A stretch of DNA of 64,000 bases from Deltaproteobacteria bacterium (GCA_033764095.1 JANRJF010000034.1:16549-80548); one strand, 5' to 3'; shown: positions 30,559-41,421, numbered from the stretch's first letter. Made by a program: numbers and translations. Notes: generated from the sequence alone by a model not told the origin.

Positions 30559-31485
30559 ATGACTTCCTCTGTCGTCGTCACGGGAGGGCATACGGGGATT
30601 GGCGGGGCCTGCACGCGGCATCTGGTTGCGGCGGGGTGGCATGTAGTGGTGGCGAGCCGCGATCTCGGGCGGGCACGCCACGAGCTCGGGCCGCTGGCCG
30701 GGCGCGTCGAGCTGCGGCCGCTCGATCTCGACTCGCTCGCGGCGGTGCGCGACTTCACCGAGCTGCTGGTCGCCAGCGCCGCCGATCGGCCGCCGCTGGC
30801 CGCGGTCGTGTGCAACGCCGGCGTGCAGATCGTCGGCGCGCCGGAGCGCAGCGCCGACGGCTTCGAGCGCACCTACGCGGTCAACCACCTCGCCCACTAC
30901 CTGCTCGTCCGTCGCCTGCTGCCGCACCTGGCGACGCCGGCGCGCGTCGTCATGCTCGGCAGCGGCACGCACGACCCGGCACAGAAGACCGGCATCGCGC
31001 CGCCGCGCTACCGCGGCGGTCGCGCGCTCGCCGAGCCGGACACGGAGACGCTCGCCGCCGAGGGGCCGTTGCGCACCGGCCATCGCGCCTACTCGACCTC
31101 GAAGCTGTGCAACATCCTGTTCGCCTACGCGCTGGCCGAGCGCCTGCGCGCCGACGACAGCTCGACCACCGCCAACGCCTACGATCCCGGCCTGGTGCCC
31201 GGCACCGGCCTGGCGCGCCAGTACGGCGCCGCGGCGCGCTTCCTCTTCACCCGCGTCGCGCCCGCCCTGGTGCCGGTCATGAAGCCGTTCTTCCACGCCC
31301 AGACGCTCGACGAGGCCGGCCGCAACCTGGCCCGCATGGTCACCGAGCCGTCGCTCGCCACGGTCAGCGGCAGCTACATCGCCGGCACGACGCCGATCCG
31401 CTCGTCCGAGGAATCCTACGACACCGCCAAGCAGCGCGACCTCTGGGACGAGAGCGAACGCCTGGTGCAGGTTGTTGGTTGTTAG
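30559..31485 (+). CDS. Short-chain dehydrogenase/reductase (retinol dehydrogenase/protochlorophyllide reductase-like)
   Basis: TGGHTGIG, CNAG, VNHLAH, YSTSK, DPGLVPGTGL. Confidence 0.92.
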   Translation: MTSSVVVTGGHTGIGGACTRHLVAAGWHVVVASRDLGRARHELGPLAGRVELRPLDLDSLAAVRDFTELLVASAADRPPLAAVVCNAGVQIVGAPERSADGFERTYAVNHLAHYLLVRRLLPHLATPARVVMLGSGTHDPAQKTGIAPPRYRGGRALAEPDTETLAAEGPLRTGHRAYSTSKLCNILFAYALAERLRADDSSTTANAYDPGLVPGTGLARQYGAAARFLFTRVAPALVPVMKPFFHAQTLDEAGRNLARMVTEPSLATVSGSYIAGTTPIRSSEESYDTAKQRDLWDESERLVQVVGC

Positions 31486-31762
31486 CCTCGAAGTGACGAA
31501 AGGAATTCACCACAGAGGCACAGAGTGCACAGAGTGCACAGAGAGGACGGGGCCCGGCGAGATCAGGCAAGTGGTTCCCGAACCCCACTGCTGATGGCTT
31601 TGACGGGGTTGGCCTGTGTGCGGAGCTGCGGCAGTCCTCCTCTGGGACTCGGTGCCTCTGTGGTGAGTCCTCCTGTCTTTTCAAGGTCGGGTCGGAGGGG
31701 GCGCGGCCGATCGGTTCAGGACGGATCTCACCAACACCCTGACCACCCAACGACCAACAACC
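31470..31762. repeat. Nested palindromic elements: outer GGTTGTT-heptamer arms around an inner family C element (31507-31666)
   Basis: Outer ggttgttggttgtt (31470-31483) / aacgaccaacaacc (31749-31762). Inner perfect 15-bp TIR TCACCACAGAGGCAC with gcacagagt tandem units. Confidence 0.8.
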
Positions 31763-31769
31763 CGCCTAG

Positions 31770-31804
31770 TTGACCGCGCACAGCGCGCACGCCACAACCC
31801 AGGC
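31770..31804 (+). promoter_or_regulatory. Sigma70-like promoter, leaderless
   Basis: TTGACC (31770-31775), 17 nt, CACAAC (31793-31798), 6 nt, ATG 31805. Confidence 0.5.
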
Positions 31805-33427
31805 ATGGCGACGCACGAGGTGCTGAATCAGCCGCCGCCGCTGCGCGACTACAACCTGTTCACCGCCGACCGCGCCTTGCAGGAGGCGCTGGCGCGCGAG
31901 GGCGCCAGCTGGGCGGCCGACCGCGTCGCGCTGCTCGGCGGCATCTGCGGCAGCGGCGAGGTGATCGACTGGGGCACGCAGGCCAACAGCGTGCCACCGG
32001 TGTTGCGCACGCACGATCGCTACGGCCACCGCATCGACGAGGTCGAATATCATCCCAGCTATCACCGGCTGATGGAGCTTTCGGTCGGCCACGGCCTGCA
32101 TGCGCTGCCCTGGCGCGAGCCGCGCGACGGCGCGCACGTGGCGCGCGCGGCCCTGTTCTTCGTCATGGCGCAGACCGAGGCCGGGCACGGCTGCCCGATC
32201 TCGATGACCTACTCGGCGGTGCCGGCACTGCGCGCCGACGCGTCGCTGGCGCGCGAGTGGCAGCCGCGCCTGGTGGCGGCGCACTACGACGGGCGCAGCC
32301 GCCCGGCGAGCGAGAAGCAGGGCGCGCTGTGCGGCATGGCGATGACCGAGAAGCAGGGCGGCTCGGACGTGCGCGCCAACACCTCGCGCGCCGAGTCGGC
32401 CGGCGACGGCGGCTGGCTGCTCACCGGCCACAAGTGGTTCTGCTCGGCGCCGATGTGCGACGCCTTCCTGGTGCTGGCGCAGACGCCGAAGGGCGTCAGC
32501 TGCTTCCTGCTGCCGCGCTTCCTGCCCGACGGCACGCGCAACCGCGTCTTCATCCAGCGGCTGAAGGACAAGCTCGGCAACCGCTCCAACGCGTCGAGCG
32601 AGATCGAGTTCGACGGCGCCTGGGCGCGCCTGCTCGGCCCCGAGGGACGCGGCGTGCCGACCATCATCGAGATGGTCAACCACACCCGCCTCGACTGCAT
32701 CATCGGCGCCGCCGCCGGCATGCGGCAGGGCGTCGCGCAGGCGACGCACCACGCCCAGCACCGCAGCGCCTTCGGCAAGCGGCTGATCGAGCAGCCGCTG
32801 ATGCAGAACGTGCTCGCCGACCTGTGCGTCGAATCGGAAGCGGCGACGGCGGTGATGATGCGGCTGGCGCACGCCTACGACGCGCGCGCCGACGAGGGCG
32901 AGGCGCACTTCGCGCGCCTGGCGACGGCGGTGATCAAGTACTGGGTGTGCAAACGCTGGCCGGCGCACGCCGCCGAGTCGCTCGAGTGCCTGGGCGGCAG
33001 CGGCTACGTCGAGGAGTCGCTGCTGCCGCGCCTCTACCGCGAGGCGCCGCTCAACGGCATCTGGGAGGGCAGCGGCAACGTCATCTGCCTCGACGTGCTG
33101 CGCGCGATGGCGAAGGGCGCGGAGGCGAGCGACGCGTTCTTCGCCGAGGTCGAGCGCGCGCGCGGCGCCGACCACCGCCTCGATCAGTTCGTCGACCGCC
33201 TGCGCGACGATCTCGGCAACCCCGACAACGTCGAGGCGCGCGCCCGCGATCTGGTCGAGCGCATGGCGCTGGCGCTGCAGGGCTCGCTGCTGGTGCGCGA
33301 CGGCGACTCTGCCGTCGCCGAAGCCTTCTGCGCCTCGCGGCTCGCCGCCCAGCACGGCCTGGCGTTCGGCACCCTGCCGCCCGGCTTCCACTTCACCCGC
33401 ATCATCGAGCGCGCCCGCCCGGTGTGA
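31805..33427 (+). CDS. aidB: Acyl-CoA dehydrogenase, AidB-like
   Basis: THEVLNQPPPL N-terminus, GHGCPISMT, MAMTEKQGGSDVRAN, LKDKLGNRSNAS, REAPLNGIWEGSGNV. Confidence 0.88.
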   Translation: MATHEVLNQPPPLRDYNLFTADRALQEALAREGASWAADRVALLGGICGSGEVIDWGTQANSVPPVLRTHDRYGHRIDEVEYHPSYHRLMELSVGHGLHALPWREPRDGAHVARAALFFVMAQTEAGHGCPISMTYSAVPALRADASLAREWQPRLVAAHYDGRSRPASEKQGALCGMAMTEKQGGSDVRANTSRAESAGDGGWLLTGHKWFCSAPMCDAFLVLAQTPKGVSCFLLPRFLPDGTRNRVFIQRLKDKLGNRSNASSEIEFDGAWARLLGPEGRGVPTIIEMVNHTRLDCIIGAAAGMRQGVAQATHHAQHRSAFGKRLIEQPLMQNVLADLCVESEAATAVMMRLAHAYDARADEGEAHFARLATAVIKYWVCKRWPAHAAESLECLGGSGYVEESLLPRLYREAPLNGIWEGSGNVICLDVLRAMAKGAEASDAFFAEVERARGADHRLDQFVDRLRDDLGNPDNVEARARDLVERMALALQGSLLVRDGDSAVAEAFCASRLAAQHGLAFGTLPPGFHFTRIIERARPV

Positions 33428-33601
33428 TCGATTCCCCCCTTTGATTCCCCCCCTTTGAAAAAGGGGGGCAAGGGGGGATTTTCAGACACTCCCCGCCGAC
33501 AACCGCCGCGCCCGCGCGAGAGCTGCCGCTATGAGCGATAGTCAGAAAATCCCCCCCGACCCCCCTTTTTCAAAGGGGGGGAGCCGAGAGGGGGGAATCG
33601 A
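33428..33601. repeat. Large inverted-repeat element with CCCCCCTTT-AAAGGGGGG hairpin arms (family I)
   Basis: The ~56-bp arm at 33428-33483 is the approximate reverse complement of 33545-33601; each arm is itself a hairpin. Confidence 0.85.
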
Positions 33602-34541
33602 GGGCGGAACCTATGTGGTCACCGGCGGCTGTGGCTTCATCGGGTCGCACCTCGTCCGCGCGCTGATCGCGCGCGGCGCGGCGCGCGTGGTGGTGATCGA
33701 CAGCCTGCGCTACGGCGACCGCGCCAACCTCGGCGGCCTGTCGGATCGCGTCGAGCTGGTCCAGCACACCCTCGGCAGCGACGACGCCGCGGCATTGCGT
33801 TCCGCCATCGACGGCGCGCGCTGGTGCTTCCACCTCGCGGCGGAGAAGCACAACCAGTCCAAGGACACGCCGCTGGAGGTGTTCCGCGCCAACATCGACG
33901 GCACCTGGCTGCTGTTCGACGCCGCGGCGCGCGCCGGGGTCGAGAAGATCGTCTTCACCTCGTCGCTCTACGCGTACGGGCGGTTGAGCGGCGCGCCGTT
34001 CGTCGAGACCGAGGTGCCGGAGCCGCGCACCGTCTACGGCATCTCGAAGCTCGCCGGCGAGCACCTGTTGCGGCAGATCGGCGCCGAGCGCGGTGTCGCC
34101 TGGTCGGCGCTGCGCTACCTGTTCGTCTACGGCCCGCGCCAGTGGGCCGGCATGGGCTACAAGTCGGTGATCGTGAAGACCTTCGAGCGGCTGAAGCGCG
34201 GCGAGGCGCCGGTGGTGTTCGGCGACGGCGAGCAGGCGCTCGACTACGTCTTCGTCGACGACGTGGTCGAGGCGACGCTGGCCGCCATGCACACGCCGGT
34301 GAGCGGCGAGGTGCTGAACATCGGCAGTGGCGCCGCCACCACGGTCAACGCGCTGGTCGACGCCATGCAGCGCGTCGCCGGCACCGCGCACCGCGTCGAG
34401 CACGTCGCGCCCGACTGGACCGCCGGCAGCCGCCGCGTCGGCGACGTCGCCAAGGCGCGCCGCCTGCTCGGCTGGTCGGCGGCGACGTCGCTCGACGACG
34501 GCCTGGCGCAGGTGTGGGACTGGGTGCGGTCGCAGGCGTGA
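33531..34541 (+). CDS. NAD-dependent epimerase/dehydratase (extended SDR)
   Basis: VVTGGCGFIGSH, HLAA, YGISK, VYGPRQ, FGDGEQALDYVFVDDV. The first ~24 residues come from the repeat element. Confidence 0.92.
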   Translation: MSDSQKIPPDPPFSKGGSREGGIEGGTYVVTGGCGFIGSHLVRALIARGAARVVVIDSLRYGDRANLGGLSDRVELVQHTLGSDDAAALRSAIDGARWCFHLAAEKHNQSKDTPLEVFRANIDGTWLLFDAAARAGVEKIVFTSSLYAYGRLSGAPFVETEVPEPRTVYGISKLAGEHLLRQIGAERGVAWSALRYLFVYGPRQWAGMGYKSVIVKTFERLKRGEAPVVFGDGEQALDYVFVDDVVEATLAAMHTPVSGEVLNIGSGAATTVNALVDAMQRVAGTAHRVEHVAPDWTAGSRRVGDVAKARRLLGWSAATSLDDGLAQVWDWVRSQA

Positions 34542-34561
34542 GGCGGCAGGAAGCAGGATCG

Positions 34562-34683
34562 TCACCGCAGAGACGCTGAGGCGCGGAGAGCGACTGTTCG
34601 ACCGGCTTGGCCGAGCGAACCTTCCCCCGCGATGCGGGCGAGGAAGGAGTCTGAGCAATGAACGCTCCGCGTCTCCGCGGTGA
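34562..34683. repeat. Palindromic element, family C
   Basis: TIR TCACCGCAGAGACGC / GCGTCTCCGCGGTGA (14/15). Confidence 0.85.
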
Positions 34684-34733
34684 TTCCTTTTGAGGGCTTC
34701 TGCCAAAGAGCCGAGCCGTGCTACGGCCGCCGC

Positions 34734-35630
34734 GTGTCCGGCGAACGCATCGCCTCCGTCACCATCTTTCCCGCCTTCGTCGCGCTGATCGCCGCGCTGG
34801 CGTTGCTGGCGCCGCGCTATGACCTCGGCGCCGCGCTGGGACTGGCGCCGGATCCGCAGCAGCCACTGACTTTCGTCGCGGTGCTCGGCGTGCTCTACGC
34901 GCTGATTGCCGCCGCCGAGCGCTGGCTGCCCTATCGGCGCGAGTGGAACGTCGGGCAGGACGACGCGCGCACCGATGTCGGCCACCTGCTCGTCAACGGC
35001 CTGCTCACCAGCCGCGTCGCCAGCCTGCTGGTCTACGGCATCGGCATCGGCGGCGCGGCCTGGCTGTCGATACGGCTCGGCGTGCAGCTGTGGCCGAATC
35101 ACTGGCCACTCGCGCTGCAGCTGGTGCTTGCGCTGGCGGTGGCGGAGCTCGGCCACTACTGGTTCCACCGCCTGACGCACGAGCGGCCGCTGCTGTGGCG
35201 CATCCACGCCGCGCATCACAGCGCGCCGCGTCTCTACTGGCTCAATGCGACGCGCTTCCATCCGTTCGACCTGTTCGGCCTGATCGTCTGCCAGACGCTG
35301 CCGCTCATCCTGCTCGGCGCCGGCGCGCCGGTGATGGTCGCCTACGGCCTGTTCAGCGGCGCCTACGGCCAACTGCAGCACGGCAACATCGCCGTGCGCA
35401 CCGGGGCGCTGCGCTACGTCTTCAGCACGCCGGAGCTGCACCGCTGGCACCACTCGCCCGACCCGCGCGAGGGCAACACCAACTACGGCGCCGTGCTGAG
35501 CTGCTGGGACGTGCTGTTCGGCACCTTCTTCTATCCAGCCGACCGCCGCTTCCGCGGTCCGGTTGGCATTGCCGATGCGCCGAACTTTCCGCGCCACCTC
35601 GGCGGCCAGCTGCTGTCACCGTTTAGATAG
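34734..35630 (+). CDS. Sterol desaturase/fatty acid hydroxylase family protein
   Basis: His boxes YWFHRLTH, IHAAHHS, RFHP, QHGN, PELHRWHH; NYG...WDVLFGT. Start GTG 34734 is inferred. Confidence 0.9.
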   Translation: MSGERIASVTIFPAFVALIAALALLAPRYDLGAALGLAPDPQQPLTFVAVLGVLYALIAAAERWLPYRREWNVGQDDARTDVGHLLVNGLLTSRVASLLVYGIGIGGAAWLSIRLGVQLWPNHWPLALQLVLALAVAELGHYWFHRLTHERPLLWRIHAAHHSAPRLYWLNATRFHPFDLFGLIVCQTLPLILLGAGAPVMVAYGLFSGAYGQLQHGNIAVRTGALRYVFSTPELHRWHHSPDPREGNTNYGAVLSCWDVLFGTFFYPADRRFRGPVGIADAPNFPRHLGGQLLSPFR

Positions 35631-35735
35631 GCTGTTAGGCTGCTAGGCTGTTGGCTGTTAGGGGGAGAAAAGAGTTTCTGAGAATTTCCAATTTCCGACC
35701 CCTAACAGCCTAACCGCCTAACAGCCTGACAGCCT
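35629..35735. repeat. Palindromic element, octamer family F (CTAACAGC)
   Basis: aggctgttaggctgctaggctgttggctgttagggg ... cccctaacagcctaaccgcctaacagcctgacagcct. Confidence 0.9.
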
Positions 35736-35740
35736 TTCCG

Positions 35741-36388
35741 TCACCGGCAGATCGTCCCCAGGCTGACCCACGCGCCGTTGTCGCAGCGGTTGGTGATGCC
35801 GCCGCGGCAGACCGTGGAGCCGCTGGCGACGGTTGCGTTGCCGATCGCGCAGGTCGCGGCGTTGGCAGCGGGAGCGGGCACGACTCCCTGCTGCAGGCTG
35901 ACCGGCGGCGGCGGCGGCTCACTGACCAGCTTGAGCGCGCTCACCTGACCGCGACTGTCGAGCGTCACCTCGACCCACTTGCCGGCGTACGGCGCGATCT
36001 CGATGGTCGGCTCGGCGATGTAGACGCGCGTGTCGCCGGCGAAATTGAACGAGCGCGCCACCGGGTCGCGCACCACCATCTGGCCGCGCACCGTCTCGTA
36101 ACCGGAGGTGATCGGGGTGATCGCCACCGAGCGCTCGGTGATCCCGGTCACCCGCCCGCCGGACAGCTGCACCTCGACGTTCTTGCCATCGAGCTCGCCG
36201 AGCGGAACACCGGCCGGCGCCTTGAAGGTGCCGTCGTGGCCGACCAGGCGGAAGCGATCGGCGCTGCCATCGAGCACCACGAGCTCGCCGCTGATGAACT
36301 GCTCGGCCGCGCTCACCGGCTGCGGCGCCTGCGTCAGGCACAGCGCCAGCGCCGCACTGATGGTCACACTCGCAAGTATCCGGGACAT
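35741..36388 (-). CDS. Hypothetical secreted protein (two OB-like repeats plus small Cys-rich C-terminal domain)
   Basis: AGGAGG RBS before ATG 36388; signal peptide; repeated G.lVV.D....F...G....f.A.......GK.VEV.L unit; C-terminus TC...TVC..NRCDNGAW..IC. Confidence 0.7.
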   Translation of the reverse strand: MSRILASVTISAALALCLTQAPQPVSAAEQFISGELVVLDGSADRFRLVGHDGTFKAPAGVPLGELDGKNVEVQLSGGRVTGITERSVAITPITSGYETVRGQMVVRDPVARSFNFAGDTRVYIAEPTIEIAPYAGKWVEVTLDSRGQVSALKLVSEPPPPPVSLQQGVVPAPAANAATCAIGNATVASGSTVCRGGITNRCDNGAWVSLGTICR

Positions 36389-36510
36389 GATGACCCTCCT
36401 GCCTGGATGACCCACCACGGGTCGTGCCACGCCCTCGAACAGTCCAGTTGGTACCCAGACACGCTGGCCGTTCGTACTTCGCATGCAAAATTTGCCGGTA
36501 GATTGGCAAA

Positions 36511-37419
36511 TCAGGGTGGCGGCACTGCAAGGCGCTCGATCGGGTTGGTCAGCACCTCCGCCGGCGTCGCGCCGATGCGCGGTTCGCAGGTCGAGAGGCG
36601 GATCGGCATCGGCTGCGTCGGCGCGGCGATCACCGACGACACACCGAGCTCGTAGGATTCCGGTGGCACCCTCCATACCCAGCAATCGCCCTCGAGGTGC
36701 GCGAAGGATGACCGGGGCTCGAGTGTCAGCGCCGCATCGCCCAGATGCGCCGTCCGGGCGATCGCGAGCGGCAGGGCCGTGACCGAGTGCAGTCGAATCG
36801 CCGCGCCGTCGAGCGTCGCGTATCGGTCGAATTCGGTGCGCGCGAAGAGGCGCGCGTTCTCCTTCGCCAGGTTCTTGTCGACGCCGGATGTCGCCGCTTC
36901 CCAGAAGCGCGGCTGGCCGGCGTCGAGATGGATGAACCCTTCGCCAGCATAGAGCCCGACACCGCCGGTCTTCTCCGCACGCAATTGGTTCCACACTGGG
37001 CGCAGCTTGAGGCCGGCCAACTGCACGTCGGCGGCGAGGCCCTCGGTATGCACCGACGCCTCGGCGACCTTGCGACCGCCGGCACGCAACGACTGGTTGA
37101 ACTGTGGGCTGCGATAACCGGACACCAGCGTCATCCGTTTGGGCCGGTAGCGATCCTGCACGTAGTCGAGCAGCTCGATCAGGCGCAGCGACACGGTGCC
37201 CTGCTCGCCGTCGGTGCGGTTGCGAAAGAAGTGCGCGATCTGTTTCAGCGCGGCGGGGTCATAGCTGCCGTCGGCTTGGCGGTAGCGCACCTCCAGCACC
37301 TCGCCGGCGAAATGCGCATGGTGCAGTCGCAGCGTGCCGTCGCCGCTGAAGTAGAAGCGCGACTCGCCGGCCAGCGCCGGTCGGCTCAGCAGGACACACA
37401 GCACCACCCACCACCGCAT
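36511..37419 (-). CDS. YcbK/DUF882 family peptidase M15 (murein endopeptidase-like) with C-terminal extension
   Basis: Signal peptide; VSGYRSP..N..LR, VAEASVHTEGLAAD, GGVGLY..GFIHLDAG. Confidence 0.85.
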   Translation of the reverse strand: MRWWVVLCVLLSRPALAGESRFYFSGDGTLRLHHAHFAGEVLEVRYRQADGSYDPAALKQIAHFFRNRTDGEQGTVSLRLIELLDYVQDRYRPKRMTLVSGYRSPQFNQSLRAGGRKVAEASVHTEGLAADVQLAGLKLRPVWNQLRAEKTGGVGLYAGEGFIHLDAGQPRFWEAATSGVDKNLAKENARLFARTEFDRYATLDGAAIRLHSVTALPLAIARTAHLGDAALTLEPRSSFAHLEGDCWVWRVPPESYELGVSSVIAAPTQPMPIRLSTCEPRIGATPAEVLTNPIERLAVPPP

Positions 37420-37488
37420 GGCGTCTCTATAGACCGAATCCGCCGCCGCCCCTACCACAACGCGGGGAACTGTGGTTGCCTGCCGGCC

Positions 37489-39182
<1,694 letters not shown>

Positions 39183-39186
<4 letters not shown>

Positions 39187-39226
39187 GGGCGCGCCTTGGC
39201 GCGCCCGTGCCCGCGACGGGCGCGCC
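39183..39226. repeat. GTAG-class REP palindrome
   Basis: GTAGGGGCGCGCCTTGGCGCGCCC supplies the TAG stop of the upstream gene; followed by acgggcgcgcc. Confidence 0.65.
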
Positions 39227-39277
39227 CTCCTTCTTCAGAACTGGTGCGTCAGGCGCTCCCGACGAGATACGTCACCC

Positions 39278-40132
39278 ATGCTGACCCTGAGAGCCGCCAC
39301 GCCCGACGATGCGTCCGAATGCGGGCGCATCTGCTACGAGGCCTTTCGCAGCATCGCGGCAGCGCACAATTTTCCGCCCGACTTCCCGTCGGTCGAGTTC
39401 GCGCAACTGGTGCTGCGCACCATGCTCGGCCAACGCAACGTCTTCGGCGTCGTCGCCGAACGCGACGGCCGCATCGCCGGCAGCGGCTTCGTCACCAACG
39501 GCGGCGCCATCGCCGGGGTCGGACCGATCACCGTCGATCCGACCGCCCAGGACGTCGGCGTCGGCCGCGCCATCATGCAGCGCCTGCTGGAGCTGTGCGC
39601 CGAGCGCGACTTCGTCGGCGTACGGCTGGTGCAGGCCGCCTACCACTGCCGCTCGATGTCGCTGTACAGCAAGCTCGGCTTCGCCATCCGCGAGCCGCTG
39701 GTCTGCCTGGAGGGCGCGCCGCTCAACCTGCGCCTGCCCGGATTCCCGGTGCGCGCGGCGACCAGCGCCGACCTGGAGGCGTGCAACATCGTCTGCTTTC
39801 GCGTCCACGGCCACACCCGCCAGACCGAGTTGTCCGAGGCGATCACGCAGGGCTCCGCGACGGTGGTCGAGCGCGAGGGTCGCGTCACCGGCTACATGAC
39901 CGCGCTCGCCTTCTTCGGCCACGCGGTCGCCGAGACGCGCCTCGACCTGCAGGCGCTGATCGGCGCCGCGCCGGCGATCCTCGGGCCGGGCTTCCTGCTG
40001 CCGAGCCGCGAGGCGGAGCTGTTGCGCTGGTGCCTGGCGCAGGGGCTGCGCATCAGCCAGCCATTGTCGCTGATGTCGCTCGGCCTCTACGCCGCGCCGA
40101 CCGGCTCGTATCTGCCGTCGGTCATCTACTGA
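39278..40132 (+). CDS. GNAT family N-acetyltransferase (tandem GNAT)
   Basis: LRAATPDD, VGPITVDPTAQDVGVGRAIM (motif A), LYSKLGF. Confidence 0.9.
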   Translation: MLTLRAATPDDASECGRICYEAFRSIAAAHNFPPDFPSVEFAQLVLRTMLGQRNVFGVVAERDGRIAGSGFVTNGGAIAGVGPITVDPTAQDVGVGRAIMQRLLELCAERDFVGVRLVQAAYHCRSMSLYSKLGFAIREPLVCLEGAPLNLRLPGFPVRAATSADLEACNIVCFRVHGHTRQTELSEAITQGSATVVEREGRVTGYMTALAFFGHAVAETRLDLQALIGAAPAILGPGFLLPSREAELLRWCLAQGLRISQPLSLMSLGLYAAPTGSYLPSVIY

Positions 40133-40211
40133 GCAGGCGCGGCGTGTAGCGCTTACACGACGCCCCCCCCGCTGCTGCCGCTCGGCGCCGAATAATCCGT
40201 GTCTGGCACGC

Positions 40212-40227
40212 CGGCACGGAGGTTGCC
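40212..40227 (+). promoter_or_regulatory. Putative sigma54 -24/-12 promoter
   Basis: CGGCAC-GGAGG-TTGC gives GG-N10-GC, 13 nt upstream of ATG 40240. Confidence 0.55.
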
Positions 40228-40239
40228 TCACGACCGGGC

Positions 40240-40899
40240 ATGACTCGACTCCTGCGTGCTCTCGCCGCCGTCGCACTCGTCGCCCTCCCCTCTGCCGCGG
40301 CGCATGCCGCGATGCAGGAACAGGTCGATCAGGCCGCCGACGTGATCGCCAAGTTCCGCGACATGCCGGAGGAAGGCATCCCGCGCGCGGTGCTGAAGAA
40401 CGCCAAGGGTCTCGCCATCCTCACCGTGCTGAAGGCGGGCTTCATCTTCAGCGGCCAGGGCGGCTGGGGCGTGGTCGTCGCCCGCACCGACAACGGTGGC
40501 TGGAGCGGACCGTCGGCGATCGGCACCGGCGGGGCGGGCTTCGGCTTCCAGATCGGCGCGCAGGTGACCGAGTTCGTCCTCGTGCTCAATACGCCGGAAG
40601 CGGTGGCCGCGTTCGCGCGCGGCGCCAACGTGTCGATCGGCGCCGATCTCAGCGCCGCCGCCGGCCCGCTCGGTCGCGACGTCGGCGCCCAGGTGATGCC
40701 GGTTGCCGCCGTCTACACCTACAGCCGCAGCCAGGGTCTCTACGCCGGCGTGTCGCTGGTCGGCACCGTGGTCGGCGCGCGCGACGGCGAGAACCAGGAG
40801 TACTACGGTCGTGCGGTGACGCCGCAGGAGATCCTTTCCGGATCAGTGACGCCACCGGCTGGAGCGGCAAAGCTGGAGCGCGAGCTGCGCGGCTTCTAG
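40240..40899 (+). CDS. SYLF/Ysc84 lipid-binding domain protein (secreted)
   Basis: IP..VLKNAKGLAI, KAGFIFSG..G.G, WSGPSAI, GFQIGAQ, YTYSRSQGLYAGVSL, N..YYG. Confidence 0.92.
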   Translation: MTRLLRALAAVALVALPSAAAHAAMQEQVDQAADVIAKFRDMPEEGIPRAVLKNAKGLAILTVLKAGFIFSGQGGWGVVVARTDNGGWSGPSAIGTGGAGFGFQIGAQVTEFVLVLNTPEAVAAFARGANVSIGADLSAAAGPLGRDVGAQVMPVAAVYTYSRSQGLYAGVSLVGTVVGARDGENQEYYGRAVTPQEILSGSVTPPAGAAKLERELRGF

Positions 40900-40905
40900 C
40901 CGGGG

Positions 40906-40969
40906 ACCACCACGACACTACGACACGGCGACACAACGTTGCGTCGTGGTGTCGTGGTGTCGTTGTGGT
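40906..40969. repeat. Palindromic element, octamer family G (ACGACACN)
   Basis: accaccacgacactacgacacggcgacacaacg / cgtcgtggtgtcgtggtgtcgttgtggt. Confidence 0.85.
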
Positions 40970-41421
40970 GATCCGAACCGCGCCAACACGGCGTCGACCG
41001 ACAGCGGGCCGGCGCCGGAGACGCCCAGCCAGACGAGCAACGCGATGTAGAGGAACTCGGCCAGCGAGTAGAGGCTGGTGACGCCTTCGACCTGGTCCCA
41101 CAGCGCGGTGCGGATGGCGACGATCATGGTGATGATCAGCGGCACCACCGCGAAGCGGGTTGCCAGGCCGGCGAGCAGCAGACCGCCGCAGACGAACTCG
41201 GCGGTCGAGGCGAGCACTGCCTGAAAGGCCGGCATCGGCAGGCCGAGCTCGGTGAAGAACTGGGTGACGTCGGGAAGGCTGTGCAGCTTCCCCCAGCCGG
41301 ACTGGAAGAAGACGGTGCCAACGACGATGCGCGCCAGGGTCGGCGGCAGCCAGGTGAGCGCGCCGGCGATTCGGCTGGCGAGCGCGTTGAGCGCCGTGGC
41401 GAGGGTGACGATGCGGTGCAT
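40918..41421 (-). CDS. DoxX family membrane protein
   Basis: AGGAGG RBS; ARIVVG..FFQSGWGKL, EFVCGGLLLAGLATR, GAGPLSVD. The C-terminus runs into repeat G. Confidence 0.9.
   Translation of the reverse strand: MHRIVTLATALNALASRIAGALTWLPPTLARIVVGTVFFQSGWGKLHSLPDVTQFFTELGLPMPAFQAVLASTAEFVCGGLLLAGLATRFAVVPLIITMIVAIRTALWDQVEGVTSLYSLAEFLYIALLVWLGVSGAGPLSVDAVLARFGSPQRHHDTTTQRCVAVS

Noticed and set aside
30559-31485. Light-dependent protochlorophyllide reductase, implying phototrophy
   Set aside because: Only general SDR-subfamily similarity; no chlorophyll synthesis genes in the window.
28341-35630. P450, SDR, acyl-CoA dehydrogenase, epimerase and desaturase as a biosynthetic gene cluster
   Set aside because: No scaffold synthase; several genes have their own promoter-like signals and are separated by repeat elements; co-orientation alone is insufficient.
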